DNA of 64,000 nucleotides, taken from positions 709,062 through 773,061 of the forward strand of contig CP066698.1 of NCBI GenBank assembly GCA_016432645.1. The letters run 5' to 3'. Below, one piece after another: positions 47,691 through 55,557 of the stretch. This DNA comes from Candidatus Falkowbacteria bacterium. GTDB taxonomy: Bacteria; Patescibacteriota; Patescibacteriia; Patescibacteriales; UBA12465. The notes under the pieces are model-generated. The model was not told the origin of the DNA and searched no databases. It was given only the letters and a program-made list of their open reading frames with translations. Positions within the stretch are counted from its first letter, which is position 1, and every line of letters starts with the position of its first letter. Position numbers and translations under genes: made by a program.

Positions 47691-48992
47691 ATGGAAAATT
47701 CTTTGCTCCTTTTTATTTTAGGAAGTATTTTTGTGATTGGTTATGCTTTTATTGCTTTAGAGCATAATTTTAAAATTAATAAAAGCGGGACCGCCATTGT
47801 CATCGGTTCCTTGCTGTGGTTGATAGTTGATTTTTTCTCTCATTTTGAGACAGAAGTCGGCGAGGCTCTGATGCATGAGACGCAGGAAATTTTTAGTATC
47901 GTGGTTTTCTTACTGGCAGCGATGACGATTGTGGAAATTTTAGTTCATTATCGTTTTTTTGATTGGATTCAAGATAAAATAATGCAGAAAAAAATTAGCG
48001 CGCCTGCTCTTTTTTGGCTTTTGGGTGGACTAACTTTCATTTTGTCGGCTTTTTTAGATAATTTGACCACGACTTTAATCATGATTCAAATCGGTCGCAA
48101 GATTTATAAAAACAAAGATAATTTCCTTTTATTTACGGCTAATACCATCATTGCCGCCAATGCGGGCGGGGCTTTTAGTCCGATTGGCGATGTCACCACG
48201 ATTATGCTTTGGCTGGCGCAAAAGTTCAGTGCCTGGCAAATTATTTCTTTGGGATTTTTACCTTCCTTAGCGGCTTGGATAATTCCCCAGTTTTTAATCG
48301 GTCGCAAAATTAAGCATCATGAAGAAGCGGAGAAGGCTCATAAGATTGAAGTTGAGGGTGAACGAGAAGCTATTAAACCTTATTGGTCAATTGTGGCGAT
48401 TGGTTTTATGTCATTCTTACTCCCGGTAGTTTTTAATTTAATTGGCTTGCCGCCATTTCTTGGCCTTTTAACTGGTGTTGGTATTCTATGGATGTTTATT
48501 GATATTACTTCTAAAAAGCATGATGATCATTATCGCGAGGGGCAGGTAATTAACATGATTCAAAAAGTTGATATCTCTACCTTGAAATTTTTTATTGGTA
48601 TTTTATTGGCCGTTGGAGCGTTGTCGCACATCGGCTTGCTGGCGCATTTAAGTAATTCTATTTTTGGAGCAGAATTTAATGTTACTCGTCTGATTGGTGG
48701 CAATATCATTCTCGGTTTTATGTCTTCTATTTTAGATAATGTGCCGCTGGTTGCCGCCGCAATCAAGATGTTAGCCGCCACTACGCCAACTGCCATCTGG
48801 GTATTATTGGCGCTGACTGCTGGTACTGGTGGCTCACTGCTAGTTATTGGCTCGGCAGCGGGCGTAGCCGCTATGGGGCAGGTTAAAGAGTTAACTTTTG
48901 GCTATTATTTAAAGAAAGTTACTTTCCCGGCCTTACTTGGTTATTTAGCCGCGATTTTAGTTTGGATGGGCTTATATTTCTGGGTTCTCTAG
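47691..48992 (+). CDS. NhaD/ArsB-superfamily ion transporter (putative Na+/H+ antiporter NhaD)
   Basis: 433 aa and polytopic. Has the duplicated ..LDNLTTTLIM.. / ..ILDNVPLVAA.. motifs. Confidence 0.6.
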   Translation: MENSLLLFILGSIFVIGYAFIALEHNFKINKSGTAIVIGSLLWLIVDFFSHFETEVGEALMHETQEIFSIVVFLLAAMTIVEILVHYRFFDWIQDKIMQKKISAPALFWLLGGLTFILSAFLDNLTTTLIMIQIGRKIYKNKDNFLLFTANTIIAANAGGAFSPIGDVTTIMLWLAQKFSAWQIISLGFLPSLAAWIIPQFLIGRKIKHHEEAEKAHKIEVEGEREAIKPYWSIVAIGFMSFLLPVVFNLIGLPPFLGLLTGVGILWMFIDITSKKHDDHYREGQVINMIQKVDISTLKFFIGILLAVGALSHIGLLAHLSNSIFGAEFNVTRLIGGNIILGFMSSILDNVPLVAAAIKMLAATTPTAIWVLLALTAGTGGSLLVIGSAAGVAAMGQVKELTFGYYLKKVTFPALLGYLAAILVWMGLYFWVL

Positions 48993-49011
48993 ATTTTACC
49001 TATTATTAGTA

Positions 49012-49050
49012 AAATAGGCCTTCTGTAAATCATTTCGGAAGGCCTTTTCT
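49012..49050 (+). terminator. rho-independent terminator
   Basis: Stem AGGCCTTC (49016-49023)/GAAGGCCT (49038-49045), then a T-run. Confidence 0.7.
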
Positions 49051-49052
49051 TA

Positions 49053-49081
49053 TTGACAAATCCTTTTTATTATGATATAAT
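49053..49081 (+). promoter_or_regulatory. perfect consensus sigma-70 promoter with extended -10
   Basis: TTGACA (49053-49058), 17-nt spacer ending TGA, TATAAT (49076-49081). Confidence 0.7.
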
Positions 49082-49148
49082 ATAGGCAGTTAAAAATTGA
49101 GTTTTAACTAAATAAAGAAGAACATTAACAACAAAAATTGATACAGAA

Positions 49149-50108
49149 ATGAAAAATTTAGTAATTGTGGCCTTATTGGTTGTAGCAACCATTGGTCAGG
49201 TTTTTGGACAAGCAACACGTGAACAAATCGCTATCGCTGATCGTGAGATTAGCAAAGCAGAAGTAAGCTTCAAAAAAGCCGAAAAGAGCTTTGACTCTCA
49301 GAAGGCAAAAAAAATTGCCGAATTAAAACGCGATTATCGCAAACAGGAAATTGCCGGCAATAGGTCGGAAAACAAAACAGAAATTGATGCCGCTTTAAAA
49401 GCGACGAAAAAACTTCAGAGTCAAATTGACTCGGTTAACGCTTTGACAGCTAATGCCGATATGTATGCCAAAAAAGCAGAATTAAAAAAATGGCAAGACA
49501 AGAAGGCTGAGCTGCTCGCTCAATTTCTGGAAGTGAAAGATTCCAAAAAAACCTTGGCTAATGCTGACACTACTAAGTCAGCTAAATCCGATCCGGTAGC
49601 ACTCAACATTAAAAAGAAGTCGGCTAAAGCTGACGATTCTTCCGATGAAGAAACTGCTGCTAAACCAGCCAAAGAACCAAAAGAAAAAGCGGACATTTAT
49701 GACCGCAAAATTCCGACCGAAGTTAATCGCATTGATTACAAGCAACGCGATCGTTCCTACGACTTACGTCGTGATGATTTAGTTCTGACCAAGATTGAGC
49801 AGAACATTAATTCGGCAATTTCTCCCGGCGGACAAGAAGGCGGATACAAAGTTATCTTTGATAACATGTATATTGAGCCGGTCGACTTTAAAGTATTTCG
49901 CTCTAACGGAGAACAATACACTTCGGTTATGGTTAAACCAGGAGTAAAAAGAACCAAGTATTTGCTTCCTGGAGTCTATTTTGTTCACTTCTATGTTGCC
50001 GGTAAACCTTCTGGCCTCCCCTGTAAACTTACCATCGACGGTAAAACTTATGATTACGACGGCGAAAGTTGTTTCAACTTTGCCTACATGCCAAGGTTTG
50101 GCCGTTAA
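49149..50108 (+). CDS. secreted Lys-rich coiled-coil protein with a C-terminal beta-rich domain (function unknown)
   Basis: 319 aa with signal peptide MKNLVIVALLVVATIGQVFG|Q, about 170 aa of K/E/A-rich helix and a ~130-aa C-terminal domain with 2 Cys. C-ending codons (gac, tac, aac, ttc) are more frequent than in neighbouring genes. Confidence 0.6.
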   Translation: MKNLVIVALLVVATIGQVFGQATREQIAIADREISKAEVSFKKAEKSFDSQKAKKIAELKRDYRKQEIAGNRSENKTEIDAALKATKKLQSQIDSVNALTANADMYAKKAELKKWQDKKAELLAQFLEVKDSKKTLANADTTKSAKSDPVALNIKKKSAKADDSSDEETAAKPAKEPKEKADIYDRKIPTEVNRIDYKQRDRSYDLRRDDLVLTKIEQNINSAISPGGQEGGYKVIFDNMYIEPVDFKVFRSNGEQYTSVMVKPGVKRTKYLLPGVYFVHFYVAGKPSGLPCKLTIDGKTYDYDGESCFNFAYMPRFGR

Positions 50109-50140
50109 ACCGCAAAAAAAACAAAACAAAAGTAAAAAAA

Positions 50141-50178
50141 ACAAAAAAAAGGAGTATCAATTATCGATACTCCTTTTA
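50141..50178. terminator. bidirectional terminator; on the minus strand it is followed by a ~40-nt T-rich tract
   Basis: Stem GGAGTATC (50151-50158)/GATACTCC (50166-50173). 50109-50150 is almost pure A on the plus strand. Confidence 0.75.
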
Positions 50179-50201
50179 ACTTGTCTAAATTAAGATTATT
50201 T

Positions 50202-50627
50202 TTAGCCGCCAGTCCCTCCCTGAACACTTGTGCCACTGCTCGTAAATGGCAAATAAGTAAAGATGAAGTAAGTGATGGTATAAGCGGCAAGCACGACTAC
50301 TAGGCCGATTACCGCGGCTTTAATTGTCGCTGTTGATTTTTTAATCTGATCCTCGTTACCGCCAGCTGTCATCCATTTGAAACCAGCCATAATTATCAGA
50401 ATTAAGAACACGATTGATAAAAGGCCGAGAACCACTTTAATTATTTGGGAAGCCACCTGCCCGATACTCATGTCGCCTAAACCGGCGGCATTTTTAGTTT
50501 CAATAGTCATGCTGTCTAGCCCGGCGGTGTTATTTAAAAGCTGGGCGGAAGCTGGTGAGCTGATAAAAACTGATATGAGAATTAAGAGAGAAAAGAAAGT
50601 AACGGCTATTTTTTTAAAATTTTTCAT
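50202..50627 (-). CDS. VirB2/TrbC-like two-TM pilin-family protein, paralog 1 (last gene of the array)
   Basis: 141 aa. Signal peptide ..SSPASA|Q, variable region, TM1, loop ..AGFKWMTAGGNEDQIKKSTATIKAAVIGLVVVLAAY.., TM2. C-terminus ..GGTGG. Confidence 0.6.
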   Translation of the reverse strand: MKNFKKIAVTFFSLLILISVFISSPASAQLLNNTAGLDSMTIETKNAAGLGDMSIGQVASQIIKVVLGLLSIVFLILIIMAGFKWMTAGGNEDQIKKSTATIKAAVIGLVVVLAAYTITYFIFTYLPFTSSGTSVQGGTGG

Positions 50628-50631
50628 ATAA

Positions 50632-51021
50632 TTAACCGAGAATTAAAGCTTTGAAAATAAAGTTCCAAATTACCCAAGCTGAAAGAGCAACAATTAGGCC
50701 GATAATTGAAGCCTTGATAGTAGCAACCGATTTTTTAACTTTTTCCTCGCTGCCATTAGAAGTCATCCAGCCATAACCGGCGATAATCATCAGAACAATA
50801 AAAGTTAGACCGGTAAAATTAATGAAGGCACCGACAATTACACCGACGATTCTGGGGGTGGAAGCTACGGTGGGGTCAGTATTAAATCCAGCTTGAGCAC
50901 CAACGTTTTCTAGACGATTGGTTAGTGATTCAGCTGTAGAGCTGGCAGCTCCGACTGCAAATGGCATGATTAAAAGACAGAAAGTGAGAATAGCGAGAGA
51001 AATTTTTAAAAAGTTTTTCAT
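50632..51021 (-). CDS. VirB2/TrbC-like two-TM pilin-family protein, paralog 2
   Basis: 129 aa. ..AGYGWMTSNGSEEKVKKSVATIKASIIGLIVALSAW.. Lies 4 nt from the next gene. Confidence 0.6.
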   Translation of the reverse strand: MKNFLKISLAILTFCLLIMPFAVGAASSTAESLTNRLENVGAQAGFNTDPTVASTPRIVGVIVGAFINFTGLTFIVLMIIAGYGWMTSNGSEEKVKKSVATIKASIIGLIVALSAWVIWNFIFKALILG

Positions 51022-51041
51022 ATATTTATTAGCTGGTCAAT

Positions 51042-51461
51042 TTATTTTAGAAGCGAGACGGTTCTTACTAGTAATCCAGAGAATCCTGAAGCTAGGGCAT
51101 AGGCCAGTAATATAATTACTAAACCGATAATTAAAGATTGAATTCGCTCTTTAGCTTTTTTAATCTTCTCTTCATTACCGGCGGCCTGCATCCATTCATT
51201 ACCGGCGACAAACATCATAGCAATAAAGATTGTTCCTAAAATACTGAGGACAATTTTTAAAGCGAGAGCAATAGAGGTTTCTAAAGAATCAGCTTGGGTA
51301 AAAGTATCGCTGCTGCCGCTAACCGTTGTTAATTTATTATTATATTCGTCTATTTTAGTATTTGTTAATATTGACCCCTGGGCATTTGCGATGGTGATAG
51401 CGGAAAAACTAAGAATTGCGATTATAATGAAGACTTTAATTGTTCTGATAAGAATCTTCAT
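51042..51461 (-). CDS. VirB2/TrbC-like two-TM pilin-family protein, paralog 3
   Basis: 139 aa. Signal ..TIANA|Q. ..AGNEWMQAAGNEEKIKKAKERIQSLIIGLVIILLAY.. Confidence 0.6.
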   Translation of the reverse strand: MKILIRTIKVFIIIAILSFSAITIANAQGSILTNTKIDEYNNKLTTVSGSSDTFTQADSLETSIALALKIVLSILGTIFIAMMFVAGNEWMQAAGNEEKIKKAKERIQSLIIGLVIILLAYALASGFSGLLVRTVSLLK

Positions 51462-51463
51462 AG

Positions 51464-51859
51464 TTATTGGAAGTAATAAATTAAGAAGGTGCTTATTGCA
51501 TAAGCCGCTAAAGTAATGATTAGGCCCATGATAGAGCCCATGATAATTTTATTGGCTTGTTTGATTTTATCTTGGTTGCCGTCGGCAATCATCCAGGTAA
51601 ATCCGCCGTAGATAATAAATCCCAGGAAAACTACACCCAGCATCCCTAAGACAATAGAAATAACAAGCCCAGTTAGACTGTCGACTGTGGCAGCCGCACC
51701 ACCGGTAACAAATCCGGCAACCGTGGCACTATTATCTAAGCCGCTATTTTTATTAAAATCGTAACCCTGGGCGGCCACAAAATTTCCGTAAAGAAAAAAG
51801 AGCGCCAATGATAAAATTAGCGCGCCTGATTTTAGATTTTTGAAAAATGCGGTTTTCAT
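51464..51859 (-). CDS. VirB2/TrbC-like two-TM pilin-family protein, paralog 4
   Basis: 131 aa. Signal ..NFVAA|Q. ..GGFTWMIADGNQDKIKQANKIIMGSIMGLIITLAAY.. Confidence 0.6.
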   Translation of the reverse strand: MKTAFFKNLKSGALILSLALFFLYGNFVAAQGYDFNKNSGLDNSATVAGFVTGGAAATVDSLTGLVISIVLGMLGVVFLGFIIYGGFTWMIADGNQDKIKQANKIIMGSIMGLIITLAAYAISTFLIYYFQ

Positions 51860-51864
51860 GCTGA

Positions 51865-52266
51865 TTATTTTAGAACCTGAGTACCGATAAAGGAGGTTAG
51901 GGCATAGGCGGCAAAAACAACAATAATACCGATAGTAGCATTAATCATTAGAGATTTAGCCTTGGTAACTTGTTGTTCATTGCCAGCAGCGGTCATCCAG
52001 GTGATACCGGCATAAATCATTAGAATTAAAAAAATAACCCCGACAAATGACAAAACTAAACCAACAATTTGACCGGCTTTAGTTTGAAGGAAACCAGTAT
52101 AACTAGCACTAGTTTGAGTTTTAAAGGCGTCAACTTGAACAGCTGTTTGGTTAAGCCCGGATAATGTTGGGTCAGATTGAGCGGTTACTGATACTGTTGA
52201 TATCAAACTAAAAGATAACAAAAAAAATATCGGGAAAACGAAAAAAGCTAGGATTTTTTTCTTCAT
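51865..52266 (-). CDS. VirB2/TrbC-like two-TM pilin-family protein, paralog 5
   Basis: The start is trimmed to MKKKILAFFVF.. at 52266 because the tracked ORF runs back through the palindrome. Signal ..VSVTA|Q. ..AGITWMTAAGNEQQVTKAKSLMINATIGIIVVFAAY.. Confidence 0.6.
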   Translation of the reverse strand: MKKKILAFFVFPIFFLLSFSLISTVSVTAQSDPTLSGLNQTAVQVDAFKTQTSASYTGFLQTKAGQIVGLVLSFVGVIFLILMIYAGITWMTAAGNEQQVTKAKSLMINATIGIIVVFAAYALTSFIGTQVLK

Positions 52267-52283
52267 AAAAAAAGATAGTTTAT

Positions 52284-52323
52284 TCACTGGCTCAGGCGCA
52301 AGTACTTGCGCCTGAGCCAGTGA
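52284..52323 (-). promoter_or_regulatory. 40-nt GC-rich perfect palindrome between paralog 6 and paralog 5 (intercistronic stem-loop: attenuator/stabiliser candidate)
   Basis: TCACTGGCTCAGGCGCAAGT|ACTTGCGCCTGAGCCAGTGA. This gives about an 18-bp stem, lying in the only long gap (89 nt) of the array. Confidence 0.6.
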
Positions 52324-52355
52324 TTCCCATACCAAAGATGAGAACCACATATCTA

Positions 52356-52739
52356 TTAACCGGCAGTAGCGTTGTAGATGGAATTGATAATGAAGGTAGC
52401 AACGGCCCAAGCAGCTAAAACGATGGCTAAGCCGATAACACCGGCGCCCAACAATTTTTTAGCTTCAGCAACTTTATCTTCGTTGCCAGCCGCGGTCATC
52501 CATTTGAAACCACCCATTAAGATGATAACGACAGCGATTACGCCCAAGAAACCTAAGGCGACATTGATAATGCGGCCCACCATTTCTCTTGGATCACCAC
52601 CAGCAAGCGCGTTGTTCAAACCATTGTTAACGGCGTTGATGCCGAAATCAGCTTGAGCATTAGCTTGTAATGCGAAAACCGGTAGGACTAGCAAGGAAAC
52701 GATAGCTAGTGAAATTAAGTGTTTGGAAATTTTATTCAT
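52356..52739 (-). CDS. VirB2/TrbC-like two-TM pilin-family protein, paralog 6 (lead gene; likely major subunit)
   Basis: 127 aa. Signal ..LQANA|Q. ..GGFKWMTAAGNEDKVAEAKKLLGAGVIGLAIVLAAW.. C-terminal ..TAG. A 12-bp SD (GAAAGGGGGTGA) lies 4 nt from the ATG. GC-richer, C/T-ending codon choice. Confidence 0.65.
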   Translation of the reverse strand: MNKISKHLISLAIVSLLVLPVFALQANAQADFGINAVNNGLNNALAGGDPREMVGRIINVALGFLGVIAVVIILMGGFKWMTAAGNEDKVAEAKKLLGAGVIGLAIVLAAWAVATFIINSIYNATAG

Positions 52740-52787
52740 ATTTTCACCCCCTTTCTTAAATGTTAATAATTTTATTTTACATCTCTA

Positions 52788-52816
52788 ATTTTAGCATATT
52801 CTTTTTAACAAGACAA
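52788..52816 (-). promoter_or_regulatory. promoter of the pilin-like operon (extended -10), back-to-back with the promoter of the divergent 52869 gene
   Basis: The minus strand reads TTGTCT (52816-52811), 17-nt spacer ending TGC, TAAAAT (52793-52788). The plus strand has TTAACA (52805-52810), N17, TATGAT (52828-52833). Confidence 0.5.
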
Positions 52817-52868
52817 ATAAAAATGGCTATGATAAAATAAATAAAGTTAATATTGGAATAAGTGTTTT

Positions 52869-54455
52869 ATGCTAAAAAAAGAAGAAAAAAGCAAATTTGT
52901 CAATTTTTTCTGGATTTTGTTCTATTTTTTAGTTTTTTTGATAGTTGTTCGCGGGGGATTTTCTTATCTTGACCCCGATTTTGGTTGGCATTTAAAAGTC
53001 GGAGAAGCAATTTCGATGAGCGGTCAAGTGCCTCACGCCAATCTTTATAACTATACTTATAGCGGTAATTGGGTTGACCATGAATGGCTGAGTAATTTAG
53101 GTCTTTATTATTTATACAATTTTGCCGGCTATGAGGCTTTGGTGATTTTTTTTGCGCTAATAATTATTGGAGTTTTAATTTTATTGAATATTTTTGTCAG
53201 CCGGCGCAGCGGCTATAAAATTCCCATTTGGTTAAGCGCCTCGTTGCAATTATTAGGAGTTTTAGCGGCCTTGCCGCATTTTGGCGTTCGTTTGCAAGAA
53301 TTAGCTTTGCCTTTTGTTTTGTTAGTTTTAATAATTCTTGATAATTATGAACGCCGGCGCCGATGGACACTTTTATTATTTTTAGCGTCTTTATTTTGGC
53401 TATGGGCCAGTTTACACGCTAGCTTTTTAATCGGTTTATTTTTAGTAGCCGCATTTGTGGCCATTAAAATCGGCGAGCGCTTAATTTATCAAAGAAAATT
53501 TTGGTCATTTATCGATAGTAGTAAATTAATGGCTTGGAGGGGGATTGGATTTTTAGGTTTGGGTTTTTCTATTTCTTTAATAGCGACATTTTTTACTCCT
53601 TACAAATTAGGTTTGTACGAATTTTTAGCAGGCTATAAAAATAACGCTTATTTGTCGCTGATTCAGGAATGGTTGCCACAGTATTCCTTCCCCTTTCACT
53701 ATTATCAATTGGTTTATTTGGCTATCGGGGCAGCCGCAATTTTGTTTTATATTTATTATCGGCTTAAGGCCAAGCGTGGTTTAGAAATTTGGCCGCTTTT
53801 TCTAACAGTTTTATTTTTGGCGCTTAGTTTTAAATCGCGACGGCACTTTCCCTTATTCTTAATAGCCACCCTTCCTTTTATCGTTGAGACTTATAGTTAT
53901 TTTTTTACGGAGATAAAAATCGCCTATTATAAATGGTTGAGGTATTTAGTATTTTTCTGTTTAGCGCTGGTAATCCTTTCTCAGCTCATGAATATTAGGC
54001 CGGTCCCCCAGCCATTTGCCGGTTTTTGCGATGATTATCCTTGCGCTGCGGTAAAATTTTTGAGAACCAATCCCGAGTATCTGGCCGGTAATGTTTTTAA
54101 TGAATATGGTTGGGGAGGATTTTTGATAGCGGAGCTGCCGGAAATTAAAATTTTCATTGATGGTCGCTTGCCGCAAGTCGCCCTTGCTGATTGGACTTTT
54201 GTCGAAGAGTATAATAGTTTTTTTCATGGCGATGAATCGCCGCAGATTAAACTAGATAAATATAATATTGATACGATTTTAATTAAGGCCGAAGATAAGC
54301 CGGTGGTTGTGAAAAAATGGGAGAAATTTTTCTTTGTTATCCGTGATGAGGATTTAGTCACGAAAAATAAATTACGTGAATATTTAGAACAAGAAATAGC
54401 TTGGAAATTAATTTATAATGATGGCGTCGCCAAAATTTATCTTCGCCGCAAGTAG
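52869..54455 (+). CDS. polytopic membrane protein, putative GT-C-fold (lipid-carrier-dependent) glycosyltransferase
   Basis: 528 aa with about 11-13 TM helices in the first ~400 aa. An acidic motif lies in the first external loop (..YLDPDFGWHLKVGE..). Has a ~130-aa soluble C-terminal domain and is followed 16 nt later by a GT2 gene. Confidence 0.4.
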   Translation: MLKKEEKSKFVNFFWILFYFLVFLIVVRGGFSYLDPDFGWHLKVGEAISMSGQVPHANLYNYTYSGNWVDHEWLSNLGLYYLYNFAGYEALVIFFALIIIGVLILLNIFVSRRSGYKIPIWLSASLQLLGVLAALPHFGVRLQELALPFVLLVLIILDNYERRRRWTLLLFLASLFWLWASLHASFLIGLFLVAAFVAIKIGERLIYQRKFWSFIDSSKLMAWRGIGFLGLGFSISLIATFFTPYKLGLYEFLAGYKNNAYLSLIQEWLPQYSFPFHYYQLVYLAIGAAAILFYIYYRLKAKRGLEIWPLFLTVLFLALSFKSRRHFPLFLIATLPFIVETYSYFFTEIKIAYYKWLRYLVFFCLALVILSQLMNIRPVPQPFAGFCDDYPCAAVKFLRTNPEYLAGNVFNEYGWGGFLIAELPEIKIFIDGRLPQVALADWTFVEEYNSFFHGDESPQIKLDKYNIDTILIKAEDKPVVVKKWEKFFFVIRDEDLVTKNKLREYLEQEIAWKLIYNDGVAKIYLRRK

Positions 54456-54471
54456 CGCTTAAAAGCCAATT

Positions 54472-55218
54472 ATGAAAGTTGATTTTTGTTTGCCAATTAG
54501 GAATGAATCGCCGGTGCTAGAGGCTAATATGCTTAAGCTTTTGCGTTATTTGGAAGAGCTGAAAGCCGTCTACGATTGGAAAATTATTGGCGCCGTTAAT
54601 GGTTCTAGTGATGATTCGGCAGCTATTTTACAAAAATTAAAGCTCCAGTTTCCCGGTAAAATAGACTATTTAGAAATTGTTGCCGCCGGCAAGGGGCGAG
54701 CGCTTAAGGCGTGTTGGCGCCAGAGTACGGCGGATATTCTGGCCTTTATGGATGCTGATTTGGCAGTTTCCTTAACAAATACCAGCCAATTAATCGCCCC
54801 CCTAATTGATGGCCGAGCCGATTTAGTTATTGGTTCGCGGTTTGTTGAAGGGGCTTTAGCGCAGCGCTCTTGGCAGCGCGGTTTGATTTCTAAAAGCTAT
54901 GCGTTATTTTCACGAGTTGTTCTGAGACATGATAAAAGTGATTTACAATGCGGTTTTAAGGCAATTAGTCGAGAAACATTTAATAAAATTGATCCATTTT
55001 TAGAGGATGATTTATGGTTTTTAGATACCGAATTGGTAGTTTTATCTGGTTTGACGGGAGCTCGTATTTTAGAAATTCCTGTTTCTTGGCAAGAAAATCG
55101 TCTCGGCAAAAATAAAAGTAATATTCACATTGTAAAAGATAGCTGGTCATTTATTTTGAAAATTTTAATTTTTAGGAAACGAATTTCCAAAATTAGAAAA
55201 TATCTAGGTAGTGTTTAA
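54472..55218 (+). CDS. GT2-family polyprenol-phosphate glycosyltransferase (DPM1/GtrB-like)
   Basis: 248 aa. ..CLPIRNES.., DxD region ..AFMDADLAVS.., ..GSRF.. and ..QCGFKA.. motifs. Confidence 0.75.
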   Translation: MKVDFCLPIRNESPVLEANMLKLLRYLEELKAVYDWKIIGAVNGSSDDSAAILQKLKLQFPGKIDYLEIVAAGKGRALKACWRQSTADILAFMDADLAVSLTNTSQLIAPLIDGRADLVIGSRFVEGALAQRSWQRGLISKSYALFSRVVLRHDKSDLQCGFKAISRETFNKIDPFLEDDLWFLDTELVVLSGLTGARILEIPVSWQENRLGKNKSNIHIVKDSWSFILKILIFRKRISKIRKYLGSV

Positions 55219-55549
55219 TTTTAGCAGAACTCTTTTGACGGTCGATAGTCACTAGAATTAAATCAAAGTGGACTAAGTTAAAATTTATTTGTTTCAGCGC
55301 GGCATAGTGTTTAGCCGCTTTTTTTAAATTAGCTATTTGCTTTTTACTAATTAAAGCTTCCGAGTCGGGGCGCTGCGGGCAGCCTCGTGTTTTAATTTCC
55401 AATAAAAAAAGTTGCCCATTTTTAGCGGCGATAATATCCAGCTCTAAGCGGCCTAAATGAAAATTGCGTTCCAGAATTTGATAGTTTTGGCTTTTTAAAT
55501 AATTACAGGCTAAGTTTTCTCCTAGGTGGCCGGTAGTAAGTTTGTCCAT
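55193..55549 (-). CDS. yraN: YraN-family (UPF0102) endonuclease-like protein
   Basis: 118 aa. ..GHLGENLACNYLKSQNYQILERNF....ELDIIA....LLEIKTR.. The 3' end overlaps the convergent GT2 gene by 26 nt. Confidence 0.85.
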   Translation of the reverse strand: MDKLTTGHLGENLACNYLKSQNYQILERNFHLGRLELDIIAAKNGQLFLLEIKTRGCPQRPDSEALISKKQIANLKKAAKHYAALKQINFNLVHFDLILVTIDRQKSSAKIKHYLDIF

Positions 55550-55557
55550 AAATAAAA

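Noticed and set aside
52289-52298. A 10-nt identity between the intercistronic palindrome (TGGCTCAGGC region) and the conserved 16S 5' end (CCTGGCTCAGG)
   Set aside because: The identity is too short to be meaningful, and it is explained by chance within a GC-rich palindrome.
50202-52739. Classifying the small paralogs as type IV (PilA-like) pilins
   Set aside because: They lack the class III signal peptide and the G|F-T-L-I-E N-terminal motif. They also have two TM helices with a conserved inter-helix loop instead of a single N-terminal helix plus a globular head.
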